64,000 nucleotides of DNA. Origin: Balanoglossus misakiensis (lineage: Eukaryota; Animalia; Hemichordata). Under the pieces are notes generated by a model that saw only the letters and a list, made by a program, of their open reading frames with translations, was not told where the DNA came from and searched no databases. Position 1 is the stretch's first letter, and the number at the start of each line of letters is the position of its first letter. Shown piece by piece: positions 12,901-28,469 of this stretch. Where the stretch lies: assembly GCA_040954595.2 (NCBI GenBank), contig CM082577.2:9821846-9885845 (forward strand), given 5' to 3'. Made by a program: the position numbers and the translations under genes.

Positions 12901-15900
12901 CTTATGCTTCGACGCCTATGCGAATGTATGTCTGTCAGCTGTCTTGAAATGCGACCAGCCTTTGGCGAATGTCTGCGGTGTGCAGTTGCCGCGAGGATGG
13001 CAACCGCAGGAATCATCGGAGAAAACAGAACAAAATTGCAGAGAAGACCACACCTGGTGTTGATCTCGGTTTCTGAGCGATTTGCTCTTTGCGAGCCAAC
13101 TGGTGGTCACTTTTCAAACAACCCACTTTTACTGTAATGCAATTTCGAACAGATCAGTGCCTCGAGGATATAGCGCCTCCTACTATCATCCACGCCCACG
13201 CATCGCAAGAAACGTCCATATTCATTCCGTCAACGTCTAAAATTAGCAAAAGAAGCACAGCGCCAACGCTGTTATCGGTTCTTCCAAAATTGGCGCGCAC
13301 AGTATGGTGCAGTCGTAACCTGCATGTGTTACAACTTAACTGACACCATTGCATCGTTGTCAAAACCAACCAAAAGAAAATCTGTCTGGATAATTTTGCC
13401 ATAATTTAATGCCCTGCATACGACAAGTAATACAAATGTACGTTCAGATATCTATCCTTTAGAGTTGACTGATCCGTTCGCTAAGTTTCTGCACGAACAG
13501 ACTTCAAATCAATTTCGACAAAATCGAGTTTCGACAAAATTGATTCTCACAAGACCATGCCTCAATTCTCGCTATCTGAAAGAGAGTTTAATACTATGCT
13601 AGGGGGTCAGATCACATTGTGGGTAAGGCGGTCGACAAGGTACGTATTGAAGTTCGCATAAATACATACATGTAAGTCATTAAATACATACATGTAAGTC
13701 ATTCAATTTCTTTACACTTTTGTATTTTCCTGCTACAAAGTTTCCATACAACCTGTATTAATTATACATGTAGTACAAATCCGCCATCTTGAAATTCTGC
13801 CGTCTACATACAGTTTTATCACCCACTTAGGTGGCAAAACCCTATTTAAGGTAGTGTGAATTTAGCGCATGTGTATTTTTCCGTGCCCACGAATCCACAC
13901 AAGGATTTTTTTCATTAATCATGTTAATAAGCGGATCGGTATTTTAATTGACCTTTCAGGTCAAGGTCACCCTCGCGTAGGACTCAGTGGTTGAGAAGCC
14001 ATCCATTTATTAGAACAGATCTTATGACACGATTTTGAAGAAGGCCAAGTTTGCCACGTCCTCTATTGCCAGTGTCAATTTCCAATGTCAGTAAGAGTTT
14101 TACAGCTCCTATCAATGAAACTGAATTTCCATGAATCATTAATATTGCAGAAATAATAAAACAACAATAGCCATGTATGTCTTGTGTACTTACACAATGC
14201 ACAGATCAACCTTTTTCGGGGTCAAACACAAAAGATAGAAATCAATTTGCAAAAGAACGCTCTCCTTTATAGTGCCTTCCAATTTCAGTGTCAAATTCAA
14301 GTTCATTATAAATAATAAAACATTCGAGACATGCATCACGCGGCATAATTTATCACCAGTCCTTAGCAATAACATCATGTGAAGACGTGCGTTTATTCGT
14401 TCGGTTAGCCTAAGTATCAAGTTTAAGGTGATTGTGTTACCCGCTCCTTTATATTGGATTGTGCACATCTTTCATATTTTGCCAATTCTTCCGTAGTAAA
14501 ATGCGACGAAGCCACTGAGAAGAAACGAAATATCACAGTTCCAAAATATATAATTTGCTGCAAAAGATATGATTTATAAGCTCCTTTTGAGAAATCTGGA
14601 ACGTTTCTAAATGTGCACCCCCAAATCAATTGTTTATAAATGCGTTGTGGTCAGTATGCCAAGACAATTTACATACATGTATATGACTGTACGACATGTA
14701 TTTGTCTATCACAAATCTCATCATCTACTATAATGACAGCTTTAGCACTTGGTGGGGTGAAAATATTTTTTTCTCCAGAGAGAATTGTGAGAACCGGTAC
14801 ATCAGAGATGTGTGCAAATAACGACGACCGTATGTAACCATTCAGTTGGTCGAATGTTTGTTTGCTTTTATACCATTGAGACGCATGAAATGATAATAAT
14901 TAATAAGGTGCCATTGCTAACTATGAATGCCACCTACACGTGCAATCTGAAGAAGCAACAGGTTGTACCGTTCAAAATTTTTAAAACACCCCCGACGGAA
15001 TATGATTTTTTTGGCGTAACCATGGTGAACGGGATATCAAGACATATTAAATCGAGCGTTTTTTGTCCCCAATTGCAATATTTGTGCTCTGCATATGTTT
15101 TAAGATCTTGGATGTGCTTTTAATACTGAAATATTACCCTTGGTCAGTAAGATGTTACCTTCACAAATATTGGCGAGAACAGCAATGATCCAATATTTAT
15201 TTATTTATTTATTTGATTGTTTGTTTGTCTGTCTGTAAGTGAATCGAGAGCCGTTTCTAAGACACGTTTGAGCCATTTTTCCCCAAAATTGTCCCGAAGA
15301 TAATGCACCTTGACCTTCTATCTTAACCTTTAGGTTCTGTTTTCGAAATCTGTGAATACGTCACTCAGAAAACAGTCCTGTGGTCAGATCTAAAAGCGAC
15401 GCATGCGCTGTTCCTCTTTTCAAGTAGTAATCTTTAATCAAGTGAGTGTGTATGTTGTACGCACAAGGCGCTTGAGTGTCGTAGACTGAACAGTTAGAAC
15501 AATTATTAATACATGCGATTTCAATGTCAGTGAATATAACTGATACGCTACACGTCACGGTTCTGCACAAGAGCTTCCATATGGCCACTCAACAAACTGT
15601 GTATACGATTTTGAAGTCAATTAAATAGGGTCACTGTCACCATATGCACAAAGACCTCTTCTGTGCTTGGGTTGCAGTGCGTAGGCACAGGGGACATTTT
15701 TCTGATGTCATGAACTCAGGCCTAGGGTTGTACACGATTTGCAAGTCAACGAAATGGGGTCATCCCGGAAACCATATGTTGACGATGTCCTGCATTAATT
15801 GATCAGGAGCGCAACTGTTGTTTTCTTCTTCTCAAAAGTATAGAAAATGAACGCCAGAAAATGTTATACGAAACATTTCTAAGAATTACACGAGGTCACC

Positions 15901-16872
15901 AACAGTTCTTGTTAAATTTATACATCTGTAAGTACGCACAAAATTGCCACAAAATATATTCCTTTAATTGTATCGAGTTTGGACAATCAAACACGTGTCT
16001 GAATATAAAACACTTTTAGGTTAACGCTGTAAAAACCATTTGGCACAATGTATAGTTCAAGCACATTCAGAAATCAAACGGAATATCGTAACGCCAGGCA
16101 CAGTTGACTCACTCAGACATGCTCGAACCGATATCAATCAATGTTTCCCCCAAAAGACAGTTACCAAGGCATGCATGCACACATCAATGCACGCTGCACC
16201 TGGCAGCTGACCCAATCCCAAAACCGGTCCAAGCTAGCGCGGCCTGGTTTGACGAATCTAGTTTCCACGGCAGGTGTCCCACTTAGAAGACCGAAGGAAA
16301 ACTTGAGAAACTGTCTCCCAGAGAGAATCTCCAATGGATCCACGAGGCACATCCATCCAGGCACCATCAACTATAAGATAGCTGCCGGTAGGGAGGGATT
16401 AGAAATAAGTCGGTTAACTTATAAGGGTTGGGAATTGTCTACTGAAGGAGATTTGATAGGGAAGATATGGGGACGAGCGAAGATTAGGCAGGAAATGACT
16501 AAACCTTTATCAGGATTTCCCCTGCTGTCAATTTTCCGACAACACTTGTATCATAATATTATTCTTAAAGTGTGATAAAATTAAAGGACGTGAAAACTTA
16601 ATTCATAATCGTCATGCTTTGGAGTTGATTATGCAGTCTGTCTGTAAAAAAAATTACGGTATCGCCCCTACGATTTCATGTTCGTTATCTGGAAATTTTC
16701 TCACTTCAAACGAATAAATTACTACTGATTGATTGCTTTGGATTTTCGATACGGTTAACATGGCTTTGTCGAAGCCATCTCATCACTTTTTATAGACAAC
16801 GGCCACATCAAAGCTATGAAAACTGTCGCTGTGTATAGCAATCTAAATATTTTAAGGTGATGGTGCGGTTAA

Positions 16873-17050
16873 AGTACGCGGTCACCTCCAATTTACATAT
16901 GTTCATAAATGGCTTATCTGAGTGTTGCAAAGAACAAATGGTGGCTCTCTCTTTTTTTCGCCTGTGCCACCCCCTGAAAATCTGTGATTGGCTAGATCTC
17001 AAATTTGCTATGGTAACTGTAGCTAAATTTGCATAGGTGACCGTATTCCT
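16873..17050 (+). mobile_element. ~180-bp TTAA-flanked MITE, family A copy 1 (Kolobok-like)
   Basis: ttaa|AGTACGCGGTCACCT...AGGTGACCGTATTCCT|ttaa; internal GCCACCC..TGAAAATCTGTGATTGGCTA shared with the copies at 18451, 26653 and 56290. Confidence 0.8.
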
Positions 17051-17667
17051 TTAAAATAAAGTCGCCTGAACATCGGGTCCACGGTTATCTGCTGTCACTG
17101 TAGACGGCACGGATAAGTTCGCGCGTGCATTCAAACTTCGCGCGCGGACTACAAAAAGAACTTTCTGCAAAGCCAATTTCGAGCTGTTTTTTCACTCGTG
17201 GGTCTCCGTCTGAAAGCTTGGCGAGGACACGTTGTTAGTAGGGCACGGTACGTGCGCAGGGAGTAATTGTTCCACGCGTTAACAGATGGACAGTAATGTG
17301 AAGCCTACACAGTCGTCTTCTCACAACAACAACAAAAGTTAACGCCGTATTACTAACAGGATCACGTTTTTCAGTACTTGACTACTATGCCCACGCCACA
17401 TCGTTACGAATACACGTTTCCTGGGCCCACATCACTTTACTGAAGAGAACTGTAGGCTACTTGATCTAGATGCCTGTCATCATTTAAAGCCATCGAATCT
17501 ATTTTGCACTGTCAGGCAATGGAAGTATGTATCATTCCAAAGAAGAAAGAGTAGTAATTGCCACTTATATCGTTGTCGAAACCATCCTCGCTCCATTGTG
17601 GCTATACATACTGAAGCAATTTTCTCTTTCATCGCATTAATATCTGCGCGCCAACGCACGAACGGAT

Positions 17668-17978
17668 GTCTGTCTGTCTGCCTGCCTGCCTGCCTGTCTG
17701 TCGATGAATGTATGTATGTATGTACGTACGTACGTACGTACGTACGTACGTACGTATGTATGTATGTATGTATGTATGTATGTATGTATGTATGTATGTA
17801 TGTATGTATGTATGTATGTATGTATGTATGTATGTATGTATGTATGTATGTATGTATGTATGTATGTATGTATGTATGTATGTATGTATGTATGTATGTA
17901 TGTATGTATGTATGTATGTATGTATGTATGTATGTATGTATGTATGTATGTATGTATGTATGTATGTATGTATGTATG
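17668..17978. repeat. Compound tetranucleotide microsatellite (TGTC/TGCC)-(TACG)n-(TATG)n
   Basis: Directly visible; produces spurious MYVC/HTYI ORFs. Confidence 0.97.
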
Positions 17979-18450
17979 CATATTTTACATTTCTCTCAAT
18001 ATTTTCCCCTTGCGTCATTAGTTATAACCGACGTTGATATGCGTCGACCGTCCTCCATTCCTTTGAAATTCAGTACATTTTTTTTCGATTTGCGGTTTTT
18101 GCTACTTCTTTGAAGTATTGGGATCGTTTCAGATATCCATAATAGGCAATCGTGATTGAGAGTTAGAAATCCAACCCAAGAGAGAGAGAGCAGCTGGTTT
18201 GATTGCCGGATAAATTTAAACGATACCATACTACTACCCTAATACAGCGTCTCATATCTGCGTGCAAGTTCTTTGTTCACGAAATTAATATAGAGAATGG
18301 ATTTCGATCGCTTCTGCCGTGCAATTGTCTTGAACAAGAAATAATGATTAATTTATGACTGGAGAATGGCCGCGCACAGCGTATCTGGGGGGGGGGGGGG
18401 AATCAAGTAACTCGTTATGGTTGGTAAGCATATTATATCTAACCTTGACA

Positions 18451-18622
18451 AATGTATACGGTCACTACTAAAACTTACATTTTTGGTTAAAAGGACGTTT
18501 CTATAGTGACCATTTATTTGGTTGTGCACATGTTTTTTTTGTCGCGTGTGTGTCACCCACTGAAAATTCGCGATCGGCAATATTTCAATTTGTTTTGGTA
18601 ACAATGGTTAGACCGTGTACCT
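18451..18622 (+). mobile_element. Degenerate family A MITE copy 2
   Basis: GTATACGGTCAC at the left end, GTCACCCACTGAAAATT internally, GACCGTGTACCT|ttaa at the right end. Confidence 0.6.
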
Positions 18623-21600
18623 TTAAGTGTTGTGTGTTATATTATTCGTTTAATTGTCAACGCTGGTAAACTTGCTCAAGCGATTTCTAGATAATGTTGC
18701 GATAGGAACTGAAGATTTTAAAAACACCCATCAAAATCGTATATCGTGTACACGACTCAAATATTGAGCGGTTGGCATTCATATGCTGTAAAATAATATC
18801 CTGATGATTTCAAAAATTATAAACCAAAGACTGAACGGACTTAATAGCCGCTTGCATGTGAGATGCCACGTGTTTAAAGAACGCTTGTGACGTCACCGTT
18901 TTTCGGTCTCATTACGTGGCTGTCATTTTAGTCATACGATCCGTGGTGAGCTGCTCTTCGATTGATTGACTAAAATGCGGTGTGCAGCGTGACGTGCGCC
19001 AGTGTGGTCACGTGCATGGGAGGCTCTACGAAAGTTTTTTCCAAATTCTTTAATGAATGTACAATTTGCTGTCTAAATTTAGGCGCGAACACGCGAGTCG
19101 TCACGTTGCGTCGAACGTTTATGACGTTCCCATTGCGCCGAACTCGATCTCGTTGCTTCGTCGATGCGTGTGTCCATCACTGTGGGGATATAGGCCTATA
19201 TAAGCCCCGGATACACATGTATGTATACTAGTGTGTGCATGCATTGGCCAAGGTTATTAACACGCACAGGTGGTACTTTACATTCGAAAAATAAACAATT
19301 ATTCTTCAGGGTCTAGTCCAGGGGTCTCGTCTAAATCAAGCAGCTTAAAAGAAGGTGTCAGGCCGTGCGTTTCACAATCAACCATTCACTGCTGCTGTGT
19401 CTGTCACTTTCGCCGTGGACCATGGACGACTATAAATAAACAAATTTCGACGAAGACTTCCCAGCATTCGTGTCCATGGATGCGCGCGAAGAACATAAAT
19501 GGGAACACTGCGCGCATTCGTCCTTTTCCATAAGATTACATTGAGAATACTAGTAGTTAGAAAACTCACTTTACTATAATTGTCATTTTCATGAAATTTT
19601 ACACATACATGTAGCTCAGTCAAATAAAAGAGAAATTTATCGGTCAAATAATCTCGTATAATTTTGAGATAACCTTCGCTTAATATTTTCCCCACTTACA
19701 GACAAACCTATTGGTGAAAATGCTGACTCAGCAGTTTTTTTCAATTATCGACTAAATTCGCGGCCTTGTATTTCGGAAACAAGCTCGGTGACCACTAAAT
19801 TTTATTACGGATTTTCATTGAACATACAAGCGAGAAACCAAAAAATCCACAATTACAAGAAATGACGATACTTTCAATCGTACTTCCTTAAGACGTATTT
19901 GAGGGAGGTCTGGATGTGGTAATGTGCCGTCCTCGTCTTTCAGTCGGTCTTGCTTGTGTGTCCGATTCCGGACAAGATCCCCGTAACTTCGCGCCGAAAT
20001 AATCCATTCTATTCTTAAAGAAAAGCGTAGTACATGCAGTTTGTTTACGCGTGTGTGAGCAACGTGTTTGCGTCTGTGTGGGCGCGCGCTCCGGCATCCA
20101 TACTCAATGAAACGTGCTCTGCCCTAGTAGTTTTCCACTGAAACTGATAGTATGAGGGCTATTAATACTGGCATTCTCCAACCCCTCCTACGTTACACTG
20201 ACAATAATGTAATTTCCTGTCAGGTAACCCAACAAAATTATTCCAGTAATTTTGTTGTTGTTGAAGAAATGTTAACAGAGATGTTTAGGGACAATGTCGC
20301 TCATTTTTTTCTACATTAGTCTTGTAATGTTAGTTTCGCTTGGTATCTCAGGCTTATTTAAGTGGTTCAGATTACCGAGACACGCTCAGCGACCGGTCTT
20401 CACAATTCCAGCTCATGCCCTTTACATGGATGTCACACACGAATAATTCAATCATTTTATTTTTGGTCAGTTCCAAATATTATAGTACATGTACTCCGTA
20501 GATGTTATGGCCGTATAGAGCCTACAGGGCGTGAGTTGAGTCGTTGACACATATCAAGGAACAGAACAATGTAGATAAGCTACCAAAAGTATTAATTAAA
20601 GTAAGATTATCAAAATAATATTGCATCTTGTTAAAATGAGTCCGTTACAGCTTAATGTCCGTTAATGTCCAAAGTGAGCGACTTTGTCCCTTTAATTTAC
20701 ACGTAATCGCGCATGCCATAGGTTTGACGACAGCGAAGCGGGTTAACCCGTTTGGTACTAACTCGTCACGAACCTCACAAGCTACATGTAGGTTTGACTA
20801 GAAACCCTGGAGCGAAATGATTTCACAAGAAACCTGGAAAACCCAGCGCAATCATGACACCACTCACGACTGGGTACGTAGTCGATTTGAAAAACGCAAT
20901 AAACGTTCAATTTCAAAATTACGTCTTTGTACTCGCGTGTTAATGAATCCATGTGTGTTTTGCTTATTTTGAATGCACTTTCTGTTCTACGGTATCGACT
21001 TTACAAGAAAAGACAACTGGACACGTGTTATTTCATATAATCGTGCATTACCCCCGGGAATGCAAATTCATCCATAAAACTTTCTGATAACGGTCACGAC
21101 TTTATCGTGTCGTAGTCCCAGTTCGATATTGTCACGATCACGTGCTACATGTATTGGACCGTGAAAAAAATCGACGTTGCCAAAGACCGATTTTTTTCTA
21201 TTCCGTGGGAATTCGACATGTTTCGCGGAGTTCCAAGGTTACGATGGCAGATGGTGTTATCGATTCAAAAGAAAGAAAGAAACGGGTTGCTGCAACTATT
21301 TTGTACAGATGTTTGCCGTGAAGTGGACTTTGCCCAAGTTTCCTAACAGCAAGTTGCTGCGGCTGAGCTGATAGGATGGAACCCATCTCTCCGGACAAGA
21401 TGGCGTGTTTGACTGCAGGGGCCGCGGGATTGATTGCAAGGAAACCCAATAAGTGAAGTTAATACTTGGGATCGATAGAGCAGTGCAGTGTAAGGCTTCT
21501 CAGAAATGCGGCAATCTGGATTAATCTGGAAAACGGATTTTTTTTAACTGGAATCTTAGAAGTTGGCGCGCGACCTAGCTCGGGACAGCGGCTCGTGGTG

Positions 21601-24600
21601 TGCGAACCGTTTTGCGAAAGCATGCACGCATGCGTCCGATGGTTCGTAATGCACCATGTATCACAGTTCGTCGCAAAAGTTCTACAATCATAGATGAATA
21701 TATAATATATATATGAGTTATCGTGGAAAATTCCCCCTGAGTTAGGACCCTGGACTGACTCAAACTGCAATAGCTAAACGGGGCGTGTAATGCGACATGA
21801 CATGGCGCCGAGCGGACTGCGATTGCGGGCATTCCTCTGAACGAGACTTTACCCGCTGCCAGATGAGATAATTGCAGCTCTTTGGTAGCCGAAAAACCGA
21901 GCGGGTTATTTTTTTTGCGGCAAATGCGCGGCCGAATTACTCAGTGACCTCTGTTCGTTCGTTGATGGATTTTGATTGTCTTCCCTTCTTCGCATTTGTC
22001 TCCACACTCTAGTTAGATGCAGTCTAGTCACAGAAACGTTAACAATGTAATTCAGACATACACTCAAAAAATGCATTTTACTAAGATGATCGCTCTACCT
22101 TGTCTAGGTGCTTTGACCCCAGGCGACACATTCGAATCAAGTATTCCATTTTGTGATTTGTCAAACTTTGCATGGTAACATATGTACATGTACGTAATAA
22201 TCGTGATGTGCACGTGGTCACTACAGGTCGACAAAAAGGCGCGAATTAACACGAGGAGACTTTTAATGCCGTGCTATAAAACACGATGGCGATAAAACAC
22301 AGATTCTTTCACTTAATTCTGAACATAAAGCGAGAACACAATTTCCAATAAAATGGGGGAAATTATTTGCGAAGTAGTCAATGTTGGTTCATAAAAAAAT
22401 GCAATATTATTCCAGCTCTGTTACGCTCTTGGAAACGTCCAGGTACCACTAGTTCATCCAGGCACCTCAGTCAATTCCCGGAGCACATTAAAAATAAATT
22501 GTCGTGTGCAAAGCTGAAAATTGAACTCACTGGAACTTTTGATTATTAGCAGACCCCGACACCGTTCTCCAAATTCAAAACGGAATTTCGATTACTAATT
22601 CTGCCATCTTATGTTGCCGCGTATACCAGTAAGCATTGATCGCGCGCACAATTTTAACCATTGGAATCAGGTACGCTATCACATTTTTCACCCGAGTTCA
22701 TCGAACGACTATAGGCTTGCCTCGAAAATCAATACCACCAATCGGCGTTTTTGGTAGATATCGATATTGGCGACGTCATCGCTTAGTATTAATTGACAGG
22801 CGAGGGCGACTGTAGATGCCGGCGGGGTCAGCAGAACGAGACAGACGCCAGCCGATCGGCTGGCCGGGGTTCAATGCAAAGATGATGGCCCGAAAGACGC
22901 TTTCTTTCAGGGAGCTCATCTCGGGCATTTCCCCAATGTTGCAATTTATAGAACTGGGTCCGTCTGCATTGTGTATGTATATGAGGTCTACCTTCACTAA
23001 AACACACATCGTACCCATGCAATGAAAACGTATCTGCATTTGTTCAGAGAACGTCTTAACGTACTTTGATACACCCTGTTAAGCAATTCGTGGAATTGCT
23101 GTAAGAACGACAATGAGAAATCTGAGAAGATCAGGGTTTACACAATCAACTTGAGATAATCTCAAAAGTAAGCGATTTTGTCCTTTAACTAAAGAGAGGG
23201 AATTTAACGAAGGCCTTCCTCGGGTACATTGGCAAGCGTACAGGTGCCTGCGGCCAAACTACATGTACTTGCTCGGATTTTGTTTCCCAATTCACGTGTC
23301 CGCTATACTCATGTCTACGTTTCTCGCAGGCTAAAAACTCGTTTTATTTTGGTCTAGACGAAATGGTTCGGTATAGTGTAACGCAGCATGCATGCGATAT
23401 AGAAAACTTAAGCCTGATGCGAATATTCTTTCTTTTTTTTTACACCGGTATGCGTTTTTCGCTGAAAAATATACTTGGCTGCTATTGTAATTTAATTATC
23501 TCGGACCAACATGTGTGGAGAGAATACAGTTCCACAGTACTTTGGCGGGAAAGCGAGTCAAGCCAAACCTGGCGAAAAGTAACATTCAAATTGAATATGA
23601 CGTGTTTCCCCTGGGACTAATATACCTGGGTATGTAACTAGCTCCAGGTTCCCTAGACGAACAGTGTGTGCCACAAAATGTGCTGATTCGCAGAGTTTGA
23701 TGTAGCCAAGGGTGAATTGGGGGTGAAGGTCGACTTGGTTGTCGAGAAGCGTATCCAGGTACCACGCTCTGTTGATCAAACGCTCGAAAGACACGTTTCC
23801 CTCGAGAAAGAGAGCGAGAGAGGGGGACTCCAGGGCCGGCCACCCGAGGCGGAAGATTCACTGCACATGCCTGTCGACGGCCAAAGTCACGCGGCGCAGC
23901 GAAATTGCTCTAATATTGAATCTGGAACTCCGATGGCAGAGTGCTGTCAACCGATTGTTTATTAGACATCTACGTGTCGCGACACGCGTCGCCGGGGAGT
24001 AAGATGATGAGGGCGGCGGGGAGATGGCATGCGACGTCGTCGGTGATCTGGGTCAGGAATTAGCACAGTTCGGCATCTGTACGTTCGTTGCCCCCACAAA
24101 ACCAATCATCATGTAACAGAGATAATGTAACACTAAGTCAGCGGTGGATGGGACGGAGGAGCAGTCTACTTTTCCTGTTTGCTTACAGCCTCTGTTTCTT
24201 CCAGCCAGAAAAAGTGAAACGTGAAAACAGTAATATACATGTCGTTTTTATAATTGCAATTTGGGGGACTTTCTTACGAAAAGTTAGAATTATAGGAATA
24301 GAATTGTAGACAGTGCAGCTGGACAAGTGCCTGGATAAATGTTTTTGGTCTCGTTCTTTTTTTTTTCAATGGACAGGATGTGCCACACTGTCAAACGGGC
24401 TTGCGGCATCACACGACGCTTGAAAGCGGCGGCCGACACGGGGAAATTTGATGCGAAGAAGGGGTACTTTGTGCAATGAGTTTTGAACGAGAGCAAATAG
24501 AGACACGGTAGCACAGCAGCGGCGGTGTAACATTTCCAATTAGACGACATGGACGAACGCCAGAAGCGTGCGCTCGTCCCTTTGGATCTCGTATCGAAAA

Positions 24601-24803
24601 GCAGAACGTTATTTCACATGTAGTCAAAATGCACATCACTTGAAAGTCTTCCCACTTTATGCTCTTGCAGTTTGCGCGCGTCTCAGTGCAAGCAAGAAGT
24701 CAACGACAGGGGGGTCGTTCGGAGAAAACGGGAAAGAATCGTCAGAAACGACCGGTCCCAATCCCCATCATGATGTTGCCGTTGGCGCCGTCTGACTTTA
24801 TAA

Positions 24804-25144
24804 GGTAGACTGCGCCTCGAAAATAGAAGCCTTAGACCTTTTCTCTGCGATTTTGCTCAAAACAAATTTTAACTGTTAACTCTTAAATTGAGAATAACAA
24901 ATTAGGGGTCACCGTGCACAATGTTGAACGATAGAGCAAAATTATCTGAAATTTCAAATTCAAAATTGCCGCCAATCTCTGTCGTAATTCAATGAAGAAA
25001 ATTTTTATGAATACAAGACAGTGAACACCTAATTTTCTTCCATGTTTTCAAAAAGACAATTTACACACTTTAATATCACAAAGAATTGAAAAGATTGGAG
25101 GCCTATCATTATTCTGAAAATATGTCCCGGAGTTGCGTACTACT
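24804..25144. mobile_element. Degenerate TTAA-type MITE (GGTAG..TGCGCCTCG ends)
   Basis: taa|GGTAGACTGCGCCTCG on the left; GGAGTTGCGTACTACT|ttaa on the right is a decayed inverted copy; AT-rich noncoding interior. Confidence 0.5.
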
Positions 25145-26652
25145 TTAATAGCTGAACTTTTGGCTTTTTTTCCCAGAATCTTTATTATTTTCATAAACTG
25201 CAATTTCTTATTCGATTTCCCGATTCCGTAAAGGATGACGGGATACCTATCATTTAACTTATCAGCAACCATCATGTGTACTGTCGGTATCATTATTGTC
25301 GAAAATTGAATTTGTCAACAATGTAGGCAAACCGCCGCGCTGCATCATGGGAATGGTCCGCACAATCTCACCAGCTGACAAATACGGAACACGTGAGGAG
25401 ACTAGGCTCTGTGCAGATCACTCAGCAACGCAAAAAAAAATCTGCCGGTCTGACTGCGCCGAAGGTCCCAGAAAGTAATCAAGTTAATACCGCTCGCCGT
25501 CTCTCCACCAGATCGGAAGTCGGGTCTTCTCGTCCAGCTGAAACGTTAGAACCATCTAGCAACACAGTCTAAATTAATGAAGTGCCCAGACGGCCTCTTA
25601 ATCCCGTTCTCATGTTATTGCATCTGGCGCGACTATCGCACGATGCAAGTGTTCCAGTAATCCAGGATAAGCTTGCCCAGAGTCGTGAAAAGGCTAATCT
25701 TTTTTTAACCGTTGACTCAGGAAAGCAAGGTGCACACAAACCGTTTCGTCAGCGCTTGCACACATTTTATTTCATGTTAATACCTAGTGGAATTATATGT
25801 AACTTCCTCCTCTGACCGGTACTTCAATTAGGATGCCCATAATATGCTGACAAGACATTTATACACCATAACAACGGCTTATTTGACGACTCAGCATTTT
25901 GCAGGCTAACGTCATTAAAGTTTGAAGAACCATAACTTAAAAAAATGTTTTATTACATTCCCACAAGTAGTTGCGGAAAACGGCACAGTTGCGTTTCTGT
26001 GCTGTTTCCATAGCTACACCGATAGTTTAACCATGCTCCACATGTAAATGTTGTTGAACAATTCGCTTTGCCTGTAAAATCAGCAATACTCGTAATTTTC
26101 AGAGAAGACATTTTGCGCACTCTCTCCTCGCCAAGAACATTCAAGTATTATAAACTGCAGAGTGTGCTTATCCGTGGTGGACATAAAGGGAATATTGTAG
26201 TTACTTATATTCTGCAAAACTCTCGTAACCTCGAGAGTTCTTGTTCTGAACGACAAAAATAGAAGCTGCTTTTAGTCAAAAAAAGACGAATACAGTTGTA
26301 AGCTTAATCGCTCGTGATAGCTGAACACGGTCCCTGGGACCGTCGCCAGCGCATTACCTCGGCTCCCGAAGCGATAGAAACAAGAAAATTGCATCCCGCC
26401 GGAGTTCCTCGTCAAATAACGTGTAATGGGAACTCGAAACGCGAACAGGCTGAATAAGAAACGAACTGCTCTGCGTGCAGAGCCGCGAGAAATTGTATAG
26501 CGAGCGGAAAGTGTGGGATGAAATGCGGGATTCGAATAAACATTGGTTTGGGGAGAGAGAGAGAGAGAGAGAGAGGGGGGGTGTAATATTAATTTTAGAG
26601 ATCGCCAAAACATTGCGAGTTCTCACGGCACTCTCCGGTCTGAAATGAGGCA

Positions 26653-26821
26653 AGGTATACGGTCACCTCTATTTTGCATATGCCTGTATATGGTCTTCGG
26701 AGGGCCATGTGGTGGCGCCCTTTTTTCGTGCTTGCCACCCACTGAAAATCTGTGATTGGCTATACTTGAATTTTTAATGGTAACAATATAGTTAAATTTT
26801 CATAGCTGACCGACGGTACCT
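26653..26821 (+). mobile_element. Family A MITE copy 3
   Basis: AGGTATACGGTCACCT...GCCACCCACTGAAAATCTGTGATTGGCTA...TGACCGACGGTACCT; TTAA flanks are decayed. Confidence 0.75.
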
Positions 26822-28469
26822 TTAGCATTCGTGGCTTTCTGGGTAACTCACGGCACATCCAGTCATGCTTTTTAAGGCTTATTACGTAAAGTTTCTAACG
26901 GATTCTTCGCACGGTGGGCTTCCATACATATCGAGAGTCGATAAAACCTCCAAGGCTAATTTCATGGCCCGTTTACAGCGCATCCAAACGGGTCTTTTAC
27001 GACATTTCAGTGAACCCTTTTATGGCAATTACATGTACACTACATTCATCCCTTATTGCATACGCAACCCAAAAGCTTTCTTGGGCGGCAAAACGGCGGC
27101 AATAGCGTTGGCACTCGGTGTTCTTATAGGGCTTCATTTCACCAACACAGCTCTCCTAAGTAATTTTCTGGTGGAAATAAAAACCTAGACAAATGTCACA
27201 GCTCTTTGACCTGCGTAACTGTAAGCACCTTAGTGATACTTTCCTGGCGCTGTGTTCACAGATGGTTTAGTTGTAAGGCTGCCGTTTATGGTGGTTTCAT
27301 GTCGAAGAAAATGACTTGTGTCACAGGCATTTATCTCCATCCCCGTTGAATGAATAATGCACTGTGTAATTCTTTTACCCTTTGTTCAGGCAAAGCGCCA
27401 TGTTTTCCCATCATCTTGGTTATTTCTTTCCTTTGAAGGACTACATAAATATGGTCAATCACCAGTTGTTACAAGACAACCTACACCATGGTCATACCAT
27501 GTGATCAAAATGTTTTGGGCCCATGCACTAGTTTGGAAACTACTGTCAACTTGGTGCCGCGTGGGGACTTGCATTGTACCGCGAATCCCTGTCGTTTTTA
27601 GATCACTTAGCGCATGCGCCAGTTTGTTTTGAGGTACTTCTCTATCTCAGCAATGGCGACGTTTCCTAATGTTCAATTCAAGGTTTGTTTCCGCGACACG
27701 TAAAACTCTGTCGTCGTTACTTTATCCGTGTCTCTTGTAGAAGCGGCACTGTCGGCAGCTTACATTGAGTGTTTGCGATGTCAGCTTGCTCCAAATCCTC
27801 TTGGAGCTGTTAGTATACGACAGCCATGCATATACACAGATTAATACACTCTGTGTGTCGTGTTCCTATACCGTAGGGTTTACTTATACGCCAAAATTTT
27901 AATTCCCACTGTCTGGCCTAACATCCGGGTAGTTTCCTTGGTAAAAGCCCGCCGGTTCGATACCATGTTTACCAAGAAGATAATTATGTAACACATCAAA
28001 CTTTTAGATCGTGCCAGTTTAACGTTATTAAATCTTCAATAATCCTTGTAGTAATTGTATTTTATGTAAATACTGAATGTTTTGAAGAAACTCACCATCG
28101 GCTTATCTATGCCATGCTGCCCTATTTCATCTAGATTCCCTTTCAGATAAAGTTACATACACGCACCTGCCATATTGTCGTCTTAATAATGCTTTAAACT
28201 TTTCGTCGCCAATCAAGGGATGATGAATGAAATGGTATGTGTTCTTGATCAAGAGTTGACATTTAGGTGTTTGGTGTATTAAGTTGAAAGTGATCATTTG
28301 TACTGACATTTTATTATTCATAATCACAAACATTTAAACATAATCATTCTTAGCTGCCACGTCCCACACGATGGCTCGGATGTCGTAGAGATCGGTGTGT
28401 GTGTGTGTGTGATGCGTGTGCCCGCGCCCGTACACGGGCGTGTACATGTATCTGTCATCGATATCTTAA

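Noticed and set aside
17598-18113. MYVC/HTYI repeat ORFs (also 31926-32518)
   Set aside because: (TATG)n has no stops in these frames; not genes.
27930-27966. GGTTCGATACC B-box-like motif suggesting a tRNA or SINE
   Set aside because: No cloverleaf, acceptor stem or properly spaced A box visible.
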